Shown one piece after another: positions 12,333 through 24,636 of a stretch of 64,000 nt of DNA. Source of the stretch: Takakia lepidozioides (Eukaryota > Plantae > Bryophyta); assembly GCA_030704615.1 (NCBI GenBank), contig CM060734.1, positions 9,362,001 to 9,426,000 on the forward strand. Reading direction: 5' to 3'. Position 1 is the stretch's first letter. Every line of letters begins with the position of its first letter. The notes below the pieces were generated by a model, which saw only the letters and a program-made list of their open reading frames with translations, was not told the origin of the DNA and made no database searches. The position numbers were made by a program, and so were the translations under genes.

Positions 12333-13630
12333 GGGACTGAACGAAGGAACGCTAGAACTTCAAGAAAGAGGCCGAAGGTTCGTGAAACGATCTGCTGATG
12401 GAAACGTTAATCACTGGCTGACTCGTAATAACTAGTGGCGATTCAAGCCTCGTGGTGTCTGATCATGTTCAGGGAGTTGAAGCATTGCATAATTGGAAGT
12501 TGTGAAACAACCGTTTAAAAGAGTTTATATACTACAAGTTTCTCAATAATGGTACCTGCGTTTAGTGGTTAAGGAAGTTATTTGCGCATCATAGGGCAAA
12601 GGTTCAATAGTTAAATTACTGCTTGTATCCTCACAAATCCATCTTGGTCTGTTGGTTAGGGACCTTCGCTGCATCGCCAAGGTTGAGGGATCAACTCTCA
12701 TTTGTTACAACTGAGTTAGTTTTTGCTTATACTTCTTTTAATAAAAAGAACCTTTGTAATAGCCCTATAAGTACTTAGATAGACAGGTTGGTTTTGAATA
12801 TAACTTGAGGGACTTACCAGTTAGAGATTTCGCTTGCACATTCGAGGTTGGGGTTTCAAATCCCAATAGCCGCCACACTGCTTCCTATAATTAGTTTTGA
12901 TTCTCTTCTTTTATTTTGGTTATAGTAATATTGTTTGTTGGGCTGATCTTTTCCTCAAAATGATCTAATTAATTATATATTCTTGACTCACCTAGATTAA
13001 TGGGTACTAGTAAGAACTAAATAAATCAGTATCTCTATCATTTGAACATATACATAAAGTTATTCAAAAAGAAAAGAAATACTAAAGTTGATTAATTGAA
13101 ATTAATTTGTTGTTGTTTACTGAATAATTAATATTTACACTAGATATCTCTCCTCTAAAATAACCATAACCCTTATACCAAGGGTAATTATACATTCGCA
13201 TTGCTTATTCCTGGACTATTGTTTTCGTAAATACGTTAGTGAGTTAGTACTAACTGTTGGTTACAAATTACAAATGCAAAACACTTATAACATAGAAAAA
13301 TTATAATCCACACTAGCAGCACCCTCGGGGCTAGGCGGCGCCTTCGGGACCTAACCTAGCTCTGTCTAACACGAACCCTAAATTAAGTATGCACTCGTTA
13401 ATGGGATGCATTAATGATTGACATGCGCCGGTACGTCCAGACTGGGAAGGTGAAACACTTCCGCCAAGTACTTCTCCGTCAATAGAATCTGTGTGTCACG
13501 GACATTTGTGCTTCGAGTGCTGGTGTTGTAATTCTCCAAGAACTCCTTGCATAGCTCGTCGTGCTTAAGGTTCCAGTCCAGCATGGTGATGAAGTATCGC
13601 GGGCCAAGACTATCCAACGTCTCATGTGCG

Positions 13631-15470
13631 GCACCAGTCTATAGACGGCTGAAGCAAGATGCCGAATACCGATGGTCTCCAGCTTGCCAGGAATCATTTG
13701 ATTCACTAAAAAGGGCACTCACAGCGGCACCAATTCTGATAAATCCAAGATGGGATTTACCATTTCATGTACACAGTGATGCATCAGACATTGCTTTGGG
13801 GGCAGTTCTAGCTCAGAATGTGACGGGCACAATAGATTCACCAATCTATTATGCAAGCAGATTGTTGACAGCAGCCGAGAAGAACTATAGCACCACAGAA
13901 AGGGAAGCATTGGCAATGATTTATGTTGTTCAAAAGTTTCGGCATTATTTACTTGACAATTGATTTAAGTTTATTGTTGATCATCAAGCTCTAGTTCATT
14001 TACCAAATCGACCACTAGCTAGTGGCAGGGTTGCTCGATGGTTATTGCTTCTTCATGAGTATGATTTTGAAGTTGTTCATAAACCAGGAAGATTACATGT
14101 TACAGCAGATCATTTGTCAATGATTACTACAGGAGAACCAGCCACGGTGGTAGAGGATCAACTTCCCGACGCATTTCTGTTTGCTGTTCAACTAGAAGCA
14201 CAAGATGAAGAGACAGATCCTACAGACGCTCTGGGAGTGTTTCAAGGAGACTATGACCTCCCAGATTCTCTTAAACTCATGGATGACACTGATGAAGAAG
14301 AGGACTCATCAGATGAAGATGAACCTCTTGATGAAGGACCTATGATTGAGGAAGAGATCCAGAAGAAGAAGATGACAAGGAAAACAAAAAAACAAACAAT
14401 CAAGAATTGGCCAATATCAGTATTGGAGCTTATATAGTTACCAAAGAAGAATCAGAAGACATTCAGAATCAAGATCAAGACGATTGGCAATGGCCAATCA
14501 AATACTATCTGAACACATGGAAATTTCCTGAAGACTACACCAAAGATGACAGGAGAAAGCTTTCAATGAAAAGCAAGCCATACACAGTAATCAAGGGAAT
14601 TCTGTTTAAAAGAGGAATTGACTCCATAATGAGAAGATGTGTGAACAAAGAACAAGCCAAAACAGTGATGCAAGAGCTACACGAAGGAATTGCAGGAGGA
14701 CACTTCAGTTCGGACCTGACAGCAAAGAAGATATTATTAGTAGGTTACTGGTGGCCTACTGTATTTGGAGACACTTATGAACACTGTCAACAGTGTGATG
14801 TTTGCCAGAGGATGGGACCAGTAGAACGAACTGGGAAGGGTGCTATGCACCCAATACTACCACCAGAACCATTTTAACGCTGGGGGCTAGACTTCGTGGG
14901 GCCCATTAAACCTCCAGCAAGGTACACACAGAACCAATACATCCTCATAGCCACTGACTACACTACCAAATGGGTAGAGGCCAAGGCACTAAGAGACAAC
15001 ACTGCCTGATCGACAGCCAAATTCTTATATGAAAACATCATCACACGATTTGGTTGCCCACAATTCGTCAGTGATCAAGGATCACATTTTATAAATGATG
15101 TCATAAAATGCTTGATGGAGGAGTTCATGAATGTATATCACAAGAGTACTGCTTACTATCCCCAAGGAAATGGCTAGGCCGAATCTACCAACAAGATATT
15201 ATGCACTACTTTAACCAAGATAGTAAATGCCAATCGTACAGATTGGGACACCAAAATGAACAGAGCACTATGGGCATTCAGGACATCATACAAGGTGACC
15301 ATGAAACATACACCATTTCAATTGGTGTATGGAGCAGAGGCACTATTACCCATTGAATGTATGATACCCACACTACGAATCGGAACTCATGAACGATGGG
15401 GTTTAGAGGAATCTCTACGAGTCAGAGAATATGAGTTATTTCATCTGGAAGAAGTTCGGGCAGACGCTTC
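13631..15470 (+). pseudogene. Gypsy pol fragment (RT connection, RNase H, integrase), inverted relative to its element
   Basis: Motifs HSDASDIALGAVL, NYSTTEREALA, zinc-binding [19 protein letters not shown] and PQGNG. Several stops and frameshifts. Confidence 0.9.
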
Positions 15471-15474
15471 TGTA

Positions 15475-15995
15475 GGGCATATGTGTTGGCCATGGTTCAC
15501 CATACGGTATACGGGGTGGTAATGCTGTCCCCCAGATGAATGGTGGTCTAGCCGTAGTGGTGCCCTGAACTCGTATTGCCACCTGTCTTAGTACATGCCG
15601 ATTCACCGTGTCGTGATGAATGTAGTATGCACTGGTGGTTTCACGCTCCTCATCTGCAGTTTGGTCTTCCTCGTTGGCATATAAGTCATGTATAAGGGCT
15701 TTGTCATGTATCCCTTTGTAGCCTTTTAATTTGTTAATATTAATTCGTCCCACGAATTCTTGTTCCAAGGTCTGCAAATCAACAGTTCCATTGTCATGTA
15801 CCTTTTTGATTTGAAATGGTCCCATCCATGGCATTTTCAATTTTCCGCCCAGTTTGATCTTCTTGATTTTTGGTAACCATAAAACAATGTCCCCGTCCTG
15901 GAAAGATTTTTCTTTCCCTTCGGATATTTTTTTTCTTCGCTGTTCTTGAATTCGTGCCATGTTATCTAACGAATACGAAGCAGCCAACGAGTCAC
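15475..15995 (-). pseudogene. Integrase C-terminal (GPY/F) segment, re-inverted
   Basis: FQDGDIVL..KLKMPWMGPFQIKKV continues the plus-strand integrase that ends FHLEEVRA. Confidence 0.8.
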
Positions 15996-16744
15996 TGCTT
16001 ATGTTAAACTCTGAGATGTACGCTCCAGATTACCCCCACCGACCATGGTAATCATACACCACTAACCATCGATCATAACACGGAGGAAGAACGACGGCGC
16101 AATCCAACGGATTGCCAAAAGACGGCGGATGATAAGGGCAAAGCCATTAAACCAAGCTGCAAGTACTGCGCACACGCCGCCCATCTAAAAACAGACCACA
16201 TACCAAAATGGATGAACACATCCAAGATGGATGAACGTAAACTGACCAAAACCGGACAATCATCAACAACCATCAGTTCGATCCAAGACAAACCACAAAG
16301 AAAACACCAACGGAAGAAAATCAGGCACATCCAGAAAAGGGATGAAGTTTACTCAAAACCGTTACCAGAAGCTAAATGCTTCTTGGTAAGCTTGGGCCCA
16401 GCAATTAAAGCTAATTGTGCTTTAAACCTAGGCAGACAGCAGGACATAATTACCTCCACGAGAACCTCGAGAGAAGTTACAGAAGAAGCCTACAGAGGAG
16501 AACCCCTACTTAAACCCAAAAACGAACTCCTCACCTTCTCTTTCACAAACTGGAAATTGCTGTCTACACAACTTCCAGTGTGCTTCATACTGCTTGTGAT
16601 ACAGGAATTGGTGCTCCAATTCCTTACAGCAACAACAAAACTAAGGGAAATGGCAGGCACCAAGCGGAAGGCACCAAGTTCTTATGCGCAAGTGAATTTC
16701 AAAATCAGCCCAGCGTTGCAGAAAATCGAGGAGGACGCAGATAT

Positions 16745-19700
16745 GACTTGTTTTGATCCATTTTTTATCGTGAGAGTCTGACTTCCCCACTCGTGGTGTG
16801 ATTGGGCTTGTGTTAACCACGGTCGGCCAAGTAGTAGCGAATATCCTTTTGCCACATCCTCCATTCTGAGAATGGTTACTGATACTTCGTATACCAGTCC
16901 TACTACTTCCATTGCAAGTCGTCTGATGATACCCAATGGCTGCACTTTTCGTTGATCGGCCATTCGCACCGTGAATGGAGCAGGTTCCATGTGCCCCAAT
17001 CCTAGTGACTTCTTCATCTTCTCTATCATGATATTCACTCCGGATCCTCCATCGATGAGTACATCCGTTACCAGCTTCCGTCCAATACGTACTTGTATTA
17101 CTGGTATTGCTTCGTTGTAGTCTGGAGTTTGTTGTATAGTTGTGGGTTTAATCGTGTAAACCTCTGGTGTTGGTTTTTGTTTTGGTGTGGGAGTCAATGC
17201 CTCAATTTCCCGAAATAAAGTTTTCTTGCAGTGTGGAGCAATTTTTAATAATTGTCCAATGGTAATTTGGGTCTTGGTCTGGCAGATTACTTCAGCCAAT
17301 TCTGTTTCCGTGGTTGCATTTGTGGTCTTCATTGTTGGTCTAATTTGATTATCTGGAGTTGGCTCTCCAGAAGGTATATGGGTTCCCTCTTGCATTTGAG
17401 CTATGGCTTTACTTACCTCCTGGTGTAAGCTCTTTTCCTCCTGCCATGCTGCACTTTTTGGATATTATTTTCGTTCTTCTTCAATCTCTTTATCTGGAGG
17501 CTTCTGTTTCTTGGCCTGAGCTTCAGCCGAGAATTTTGTTTCCGCAGGTCAATTTCGGCGCCATTTTAGTTGCAATCCCCAGCCTTCAGCCGGGTATTTG
17601 GTTTCCGGACCCAATTTCGGCGCCGTTATCGGCTGCACTCCGGTGGCTTCAGCCGAGTATTTGGTTTCCGGGGCCCGTTTCGGCGCCGTTATCGCCTGCA
17701 CTCTGGAGGATGCAGCCGGGTATTTGGTTGGCGGAGCCCAATTACTTTCACCATTGTTGGCTTCACTCCCGAGCCTTCAGCCTGCTATTTCTTTTCCTGT
17801 GCCCAATTACGGCACCGTTATACCCAACCATCCTGCACTTCTGCAACAGTACTATCCACGGTTATAGGTCGCCATTGCGTTTTCGGAGTCTGCAAACCCG
17901 GATCCTAATTCCGCTTGCGTCTCTCCACTACAGGAGTTACCACACTCACGGCTACACTTGGTCCGGCTTCCATATTTCCCACTTCTGCCTTATGCTTGAT
18001 TCGCAGCTGACATTCATGTTTCCAGTGTCCCTCTTTCTTGCAATAGTGGCATCTCGTGATTTCTTTGTTTCTGGGTTGATGTTCTCTATCCCGTGGTGGA
18101 TAGTCATCTCGTGGCCTCTGATAACGATTACCCATATTGTATCGTCTTGGTCCATCCGATCCCTGTCGGATTTGGACTTAGTGTACCCCCACCTCTCGTG
18201 TGTACCCACTCTTCTTGGCCCGTTGATTGTAAATACAATGGCTGGTATTATGATTGTTCATATGACAAATATCACAGTATTTGTCTTTCATGTGGCATTC
18301 TGTTGCCAAGTGTCATGCAGTCCCGCATTTGTGACACCGTGTTGCCTTTCGTGGCCCTTCATCTTTAAAATTCTTGATAGCCTCTGCTATCTTCTGATCC
18401 AAAGTGGTTTTGTCAATCACTTCTTTCTTCTTTTGCTTGGGCTTTTCTTCATCATCAGTTTTTCTTCTTCCAAGGGATCCTTGGAATCTTTACTTCTGCT
18501 CTGATGAAATCCCAATTCCAATTTCTTTGCAGTTCTTACTGCTTCAGCCAAAGTGTTGTTAGGCATGACTGTAACCATGGTTACATATTCAGGACGAAGT
18601 CCGTTGATGAACCATGATTTTTGCAAGTCATCACCTGGTGCTTGAGGTAGCTTCCTGATCAGAGTCTTCATTCTCTCCAGGTAGTCGACTACCAATTCTT
18701 TCTTTTCTGTCTCAGGTTTTGTAATCCTGTGAAGATTTCAGACGTGGATTTGTTGGATCTATATTGTTCTTGAAACGCGGCTCTCATATCCGCCCAATTT
18801 GCAAAGTGATTGGCTAGAAAGGTTGCCAACCATTCAATGCTTTTTTCTGGCCATTGAACAAGGAAATAATCAGATCTTTTCCTGATCTGTTGTTTCATTG
18901 TAAATGGTGCACATGTTCTCAAATTGATTAAGATGGATATCCGGATCAGATTTCCCATCATATAAAGGAAACGGCGGTCTGGTTTTGCTTGCTGCTAAAG
19001 CCATTGGTGCTGTTGGTGCAACTGGTTGTCCAAACTGGAATGGTCCCGCTGCTGCTGGCTGTGGTGGTGTTGGGATTGTCAAGGCTAGTGGTGTTGTTGG
19101 TGTTTGTCTTCCAAACAATGATTCAAAGCTAGGAGGTCCTTGTACCAATGATAGCCGTCTTCCAGCTGTTGTCCCTACTAAGCTTAATGAATCTTTAAAA
19201 GCTTTGAGTGCAGTCCTGGTTATCCTTTCTAGAGAAGTAGTTTCACTTTTTTCCCCTTCTTCACTCAGAATATTCTCAAATCTTTCTTCCAATATTTCAG
19301 CAAAACCTCGATTTGGACTTGTTACTGTAGAAGGTCCTTCAGATCTTTCTTGTGGTAACCATTCGCCAAGTGCATTACTTGCAACTCCTTCTGGTGTGGT
19401 GTTCTCACTTTCCAAAGATCCGATTTCCTAATCTTCTAGTTTATCACTGTCAATTTGTCTTGATGTCTCACTTTGAATAATATTCAAGTTTTGTAATTTT
19501 GGGAACTCTTTTCTCAATCGAGCTTCCCTTTCTGCAGCATATTTCTCTATTCTTTCAGCTCTGTCTTGCTTAGCTTTTTCCTTAATTTCCTCATTCATTC
19601 CCACATCATATACAGAATTCCTTTTCAGCACCCTTTAATAAGCCTTGGTATGTCACTAAAGAAAAATTATAGTGGTCTCTACCATTTCGCCAAGATTTAC

Positions 19701-20200
19701 CCTATCTTGCCAGAATCCGTATCACGACTTAATTTTCCTTTACTGATTGATCACCAATCTTTTAATGGGCACAATAATACCATTTGTCTTTCTCAGTGTA
19801 TCTGACTTGTAACAAGTCTTTGGGTATTCAGTACTCCACTGCTTCTATGATCATATGACAATATTCATAATTTGAACATCATTCCCTGAAAATATAACTA
19901 GTGTAGCAAACTTTTCTGATTGGGATTAGAGTAATCAATAAAGCTAGACGAGACAACCATTCTTCACTTCTGATTCTACATTCCCAAGGCGCTCGTGTAA
20001 TACTGATCACTCCTCCCTTTAATCCCCATTTGTCATCTTCTTTCGCAAATGAAAGAAAGATCTTCTGTTGTATTGCTATTGGTAAGCCATGAATTTTTTT
20101 CAGGAATGCTTTCCATTCCTCTGCTTCCGTTGACTCGTTCCTTTGTGATTTCAAGAAATCACTGAGTAACCATCCTTCCTTGAGTTTACTTGAACTCAAC
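16745..20200 (-). pseudogene. Gypsy gag-protease (frameshifted)
   Basis: Retrotransposon gag YDGKSDPDIHL and WFINGL, zinc knuckle CHYCKKEGHWKHEC, and aspartic protease VLIDGGSGVN..LLGRPWL. Confidence 0.85.
17521..17770. repeat. 63-bp coding tandem repeat in gag, ~4 copies
   Basis: CTTCAGCCG-like unit starts at 17521, 17584, 17647 and 17710. Confidence 0.8.
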
Positions 20201-20230
20201 ATACCGTTAGTCCCCAGTATGGTCGCCAAA

Positions 20231-20780
20231 TGTTAACTGCTGGTTTATGACTTAGACAAAACAGGCTCTCAGCACTACTGCCCATCTCCCAAGACATGCA
20301 ACAAAGGTTGTCCGACGGTATGCTTGCAGAAACGATTACAAAGTAATCGTTAAGGATAGCTAAACCGTGGCCGTCGTATGAATCAATATCTCTATAGGTT
20401 GCTTAATCCTATTGATTAAGCCCAACCTACAGTCTCATTGGCCTAAAAGAGCTTAGTTGGAAAAACTGAAGTCTCTTTGTTTATACAATCAAATGGTAGT
20501 CAAGACAAAACAAGAGCTATTCTGAGATGATACACATTCTCACCATCTCACGTTCTCTCATAATGCACATTCTCTCCATCTCTCGTTCACTCTACACAGA
20601 GATACTTCGAATAACATGGCTTTACTTCAGAGTTCATCACATCATAGCATAAGTACATATCGAATCACTCTGAGTCCACTGAATACACACTGATCACTGA
20701 TACCTTCTAAGTTGCGTGCAGCCCTTTTATACTATGCTCGAAAGAGCCGTTATAGCCTGCAATCGTTATGCAAAGGGAGG
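20231..20780 (-). repeat. 5' LTR (partial) of the non-chromovirus Gypsy element
   Basis: Non-coding. Ends in CA two bases before the PBS. Confidence 0.65.
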
Positions 20781-20784
20781 GCTC

Positions 20785-21401
20785 AGAGATGGTATCTTGA
20801 GAGAATGTTATGATGGCCCGCTTGCAGGCCACGCGGAGCCAAGCGCATCGCGGCGTTCTTGAAGAAACAGTATTTCAAGCCCAAACTAAGGGAGGAGGCC
20901 GAGGAGTATGTCAAGACATGTGCCACATGCCAGCAAAACCGGAGCGAAAACAAGAAGCAAGCGGGGCTGTTACAACCTTTGCCAATTCCAGAGGGGTGTT
21001 GGGAAAATGTCTCGATGGATTTCATGACTGTGTTGCCGCTGTCAAAAGGATTCAATGCAATCATAGTGGTGGTGGATAGGTTCGGTAAAATGGGCCATTT
21101 CATCCCCACCAAGGAGACGACAACGGCACAAGAGACGGGGCAACTTTACTTCGCCCACGTCTTCAAGCATCATGGACTCCCGAAGGATATTGTCTCGGAC
21201 CGCGATCCAAAGTTTACAAGTAAATTTTGGAGGGCACTTTGGAAGAAGATGGGGACGAGGCTCAAGATGAGCACGGCCTTTCGACCTACAACAGACGGCC
21301 AAACGGAAAGAGTGAACTCCGTGGTGAAGCAGATCTTGCGGAAGTATGTGTCGGTAGACCAGTCGGACTGGGTAGAACACTTGGATGCGGTAGATTTCTG
21401 T
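20785..21401 (+). pseudogene. Chromovirus integrase fragment (left flank of MULE copy 2)
   Basis: Near-identical to 55140-55750. Motifs SMDFM, SDRDPKF and TDGQTER. Confidence 0.9.
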
Positions 21402-21864
21402 GGGGGCTGCTATTTCATGAGCCATGAGCCATGAGCGGCATGAGCCATGAGCAGAGTCGTAAGTGTGGAAAAAAACATGAGCAGCACTATTTTCCGGAAA
21501 TGAGTGTCCGCGGGAATAAGGTTTAGGGTGCCACGGTCATAGGGGGAGAAGGACCTCCCGATGAAGGAGGTTCGGCAATGTTATTTAGAATTATATATTG
21601 AAAGGCAATGTTTCGCGAATGGTAGGGTGGTACTGCTCTGTACAATGGGGGCCCATTTCAGCCTACCAGCCACTTGCAAAATCCACCCACACTCCCAATC
21701 CCAAATGAAATGAGCAATGACGCATTCTGGGAACGATGGACACAGAATAGAATAAAAAGAGGGCACAATGAGGTTTTTATTGATCCACATGAATTGCATT
21801 TGAAGCACGTCTACTGTGCTGATTGTGCCATCAAATCTTTAGCCCTGTGCCTACTGAATACAAG

Positions 21865-22428
21865 TCACGTTGTCAATGGGACTTCGACTGCTCTCAGAAC
21901 TAGCTCATGAGTCATGGGGCTCCTCCATGTAAAGTCGATTGCAGCCGTTGTACCGCCCCTAGTGATGTTCACCACAATGTCCTGCCCTTCAATCATACCA
22001 CCATCGAATATGGAAATCTTCACGTTTTCGTCGTCCACACCAATGCGAATGTCCCCATACAATGGAGAAGAGGAGCGCACTCCTTGAGGAGAATAGGTCT
22101 CTCCGATGGAGTCCACCCACATCCAGTGGCAGCAGTTCCACCGCAACAGCATAGCAGTGCGCCTTCTTCTGCATGGGTGACCGTCGTAGCTGGGAAAATC
22201 GGAATCAAGGATGCGCAGGAGCCACGGCCTCCTCAGACCAAGATCGTCACCCCGCTCGAAGGCGTAGTGGCCTACGATATACTCAAAAGCCACCAATGTT
22301 TCCACAATCGAACCAGTATCTTCTGTGTAATCTGTGTACCAGATAACAATGTCTCCCGATGTGGCCGAATACATTGCATAATCGATGCCTCCAAATGGGC
22401 AGTCGTCCCGGTTCCGGAAGCACGGCAT
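21865..22428 (-). CDS. Orphan protein A, 187 aa (paralog of 22960-23538)
   Basis: Intact ORF MPCFRNRDDCP..RWNCC..YGDIR..DGG..ELVLRAVEVP. Aligns end to end with its neighbour. Confidence 0.75.
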   Translation of the reverse strand: MPCFRNRDDCPFGGIDYAMYSATSGDIVIWYTDYTEDTGSIVETLVAFEYIVGHYAFERGDDLGLRRPWLLRILDSDFPSYDGHPCRRRRTAMLLRWNCCHWMWVDSIGETYSPQGVRSSSPLYGDIRIGVDDENVKISIFDGGMIEGQDIVVNITRGGTTAAIDFTWRSPMTHELVLRAVEVPLTT

Positions 22429-22959
22429 CCTTGCAAAGGAGGACCTGAGGACGACTTGGATGCAGATGACAATGACCTTGCGGACAGCTACGAAGCCCTT
22501 AGATTTTGGAAATGATGCGAAGCGGAAGAGCAGTCCAGCCTCCAATAATGGAGCATCTGGGTCCCACGTACCCACCGACGGAGGTGGATGAACCCATACA
22601 TCTTTCTCATCAAGAAGTTATAGTTTGAGATCTGCCACCGAAGTCCATCCCCCCGGATGGAAATTCGGCGCCGCATTTACATCAAAGAGGGGATGGACTT
22701 CGTCGTGTCCAGTGGCTATCGGCCCACCTGGCAGTGACTGCCCATAGTTTGCATGGCAGGGTAGGAAACTGAAACGGCTACATTCATGAAGCGGCCAATC
22801 TTCATCGGTCCAGGATCCTGTAGGGGGGAAATTTAAATGTGCCCTGGAGTGTTTGTGAGGAATTGCAGCGTTAGCTTGAACTTTTTCCAGCCACCGCACT
22901 GCTCCTCCTCCATCCGGGAGCTGCTGTCATTGAGCGTACTCCGCTACTCTTTTTCAAGG

Positions 22960-23538
22960 ATGCCGTGCCGCCGAAATCCAGCCGACTGCCCTTATCATGG
23001 CCACGATTATGCTATGTTCAAACCAGAATCAGGAGACATCATTGTCTGGCTCTCTGTTTTCACAGACGCTGCTGGAATCAAGCAAGAGTCTTTGCGCGCA
23101 ATGGAGTATCTGGAGGGCTATTACCGCTTTGAGCGAGGTGAGGGCGAGGGTCAATGCGGTCCGTGGGTCCTGAAAATTGTTGACCTCGATATACCAAGCT
23201 GGAAAGGGATGCCGGACAGATCACGCACGGCCTCGCTTTGGCGCTGGAACTGCTGCCAGTGGACCAGGGAGGACGGCACCGGGGAAAACTATATACGTGC
23301 AGATCACTCCGCTCTTCCAGTGTATGGAGACATTCGGCTGAGTTGCAAAGACGAATCGCACGGGCACATGAGGCCCACAGTGACCTTGTCAATGTATGAT
23401 GGTGGTATCATTGATGGACATGACATTGTCGTCGGCTCCAGCAAGGGCAGCAGAACGACCGAATTGCAGTTTACCTCAAGGTGCCGCAGCAATGATGAGC
23501 TTGTTTTGAGGGGTATCGAAGTTCCGTCGACTTGGTGA
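22960..23538 (+). CDS. Orphan protein B, 192 aa (paralog of 21865-22428)
   Basis: Intact ORF MPCRRNPADCP..RWNCC..YGDIR..DGG..ELVLRGIEVP. Confidence 0.75.
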   Translation: MPCRRNPADCPYHGHDYAMFKPESGDIIVWLSVFTDAAGIKQESLRAMEYLEGYYRFERGEGEGQCGPWVLKIVDLDIPSWKGMPDRSRTASLWRWNCCQWTREDGTGENYIRADHSALPVYGDIRLSCKDESHGHMRPTVTLSMYDGGIIDGHDIVVGSSKGSRTTELQFTSRCRSNDELVLRGIEVPSTW

Positions 23539-23799
23539 AGCCCATGTAGAAGGAGGAAGGGCTTAGTTTTGTCTGCAGTTGGTAAATGTGAGACATCGTG
23601 TCCGATCAATAAACCCATCGTACCTCACTTCTGTATGATTGTGTTTCATTCTGTTGAATAACTGTCGGAATTGGCCCACTGTTTACAATTTGATGTCTCA
23701 TTTCTACAATGTGTCTGTCCGGATGAATATAGCAGAGTAACCGGTATGTGAGTCATGTGTCAAGAATATACCAGAGTAAAGTCACGCCATGTCGGACAT

Positions 23800-24500
23800 T
23801 GAAATGCGGCACCGCATTTCCATGTGGGACAAGGAAATGCGGTGCATCATTTCCGTCCAGGTACACGAAATACCAACACGGGTCTATAAATTGGACAGAC
23901 AACGAGGTTGGCATTGCAAATGCGGCGACGCATTTCCAGCTTGGCAATGGAAACTTCTTTTTGGACAAGGAATGCGGTGCCGCATTTCCGTCCAACACTT
24001 CGAAAAGTGTGACATTTCCGACCAGCGCGATGGAATGCGTTACCGCATTTCCGTGAGAGGGTTGCAAATGGACAAATTGCGATGTCCGTTCTGGAAATGC
24101 GGCGCCGCATTTCCATGTCCGTCATCGACTTTTTTTTACAATGGAATGCGGTGCCAATTTTTGCTGATGGGCCTACAGTTCGAACAACGACCATCCCCAA
24201 TATGGAAATGCAGCACCGCATTTTCAATTCCGCCATCTCAACCTCCTTGTTCGACCTCCTTGTTCGACCTCTGTAAGCGTGGTGGCATCCATGCAATGAG
24301 CGGGAGAGGCCAAAACTGGCGTGTGGACAAAGGAAATTTTGGAAATGCGGCACCGCATTTCCAATCGGCCGATTACTTTTTACTATGCCAACATTGAAAT
24401 GGAAAATTTAGTCCCTCCCCTGTTTTGGAAATGCGGTGCCGCATTTCCAAAAGAGGTTCTTAGAGTTGCCAAAAATTTGGAAATGCGGTGCCCCATTTCT
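23800..24500. repeat. Irregular cluster of ~11 GGAAATGCGGYRCCGCATTTCC palindromes
   Basis: Copies at ~23800, 23833, 23916, 23968, 24032, 24093, 24143, 24204, 24341, 24427 and 24479. Confidence 0.9.
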
Positions 24501-24636
24501 GATTTTGGGAGCGTCGTGGTTTGAGCGATTGTGTGGCTGGAATGCACACTGGAGAGGGGTCACGAATGTCTGGCAGAATTTCCTTTATATACTCTGGAAG
24601 AGAATTTACATTTACAGAGACTTCATTAAAATTCTA

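Larger units (their letters stand above)
7741..20780 (-). mobile_element. Non-chromovirus Ty3/Gypsy LTR retrotransposon with extra 3' ORF; rearranged and interrupted
   Basis: LTR end CA at 20231 followed by PBS TGGCGACCATACTGGGG. Contains gag with CCHC knuckles, protease, RNase H, integrase and an extra ORF. PPT AAAAGAGGGGGGGAA precedes the 3' LTR start TG at 7898. Confidence 0.8.

Noticed and set aside
17545-17700. AATTTCGGCGCC motifs similar to the copy-1 MULE motif
   Set aside because: They are part of a 63-bp coding repeat in gag and are not full palindromes, so the similarity is probably coincidental.
17359-18504. 381-aa hydrophobic plus-strand ORF resembling an env or membrane protein
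   Set aside because: It is the antisense shadow of the purine-rich gag on the minus strand.
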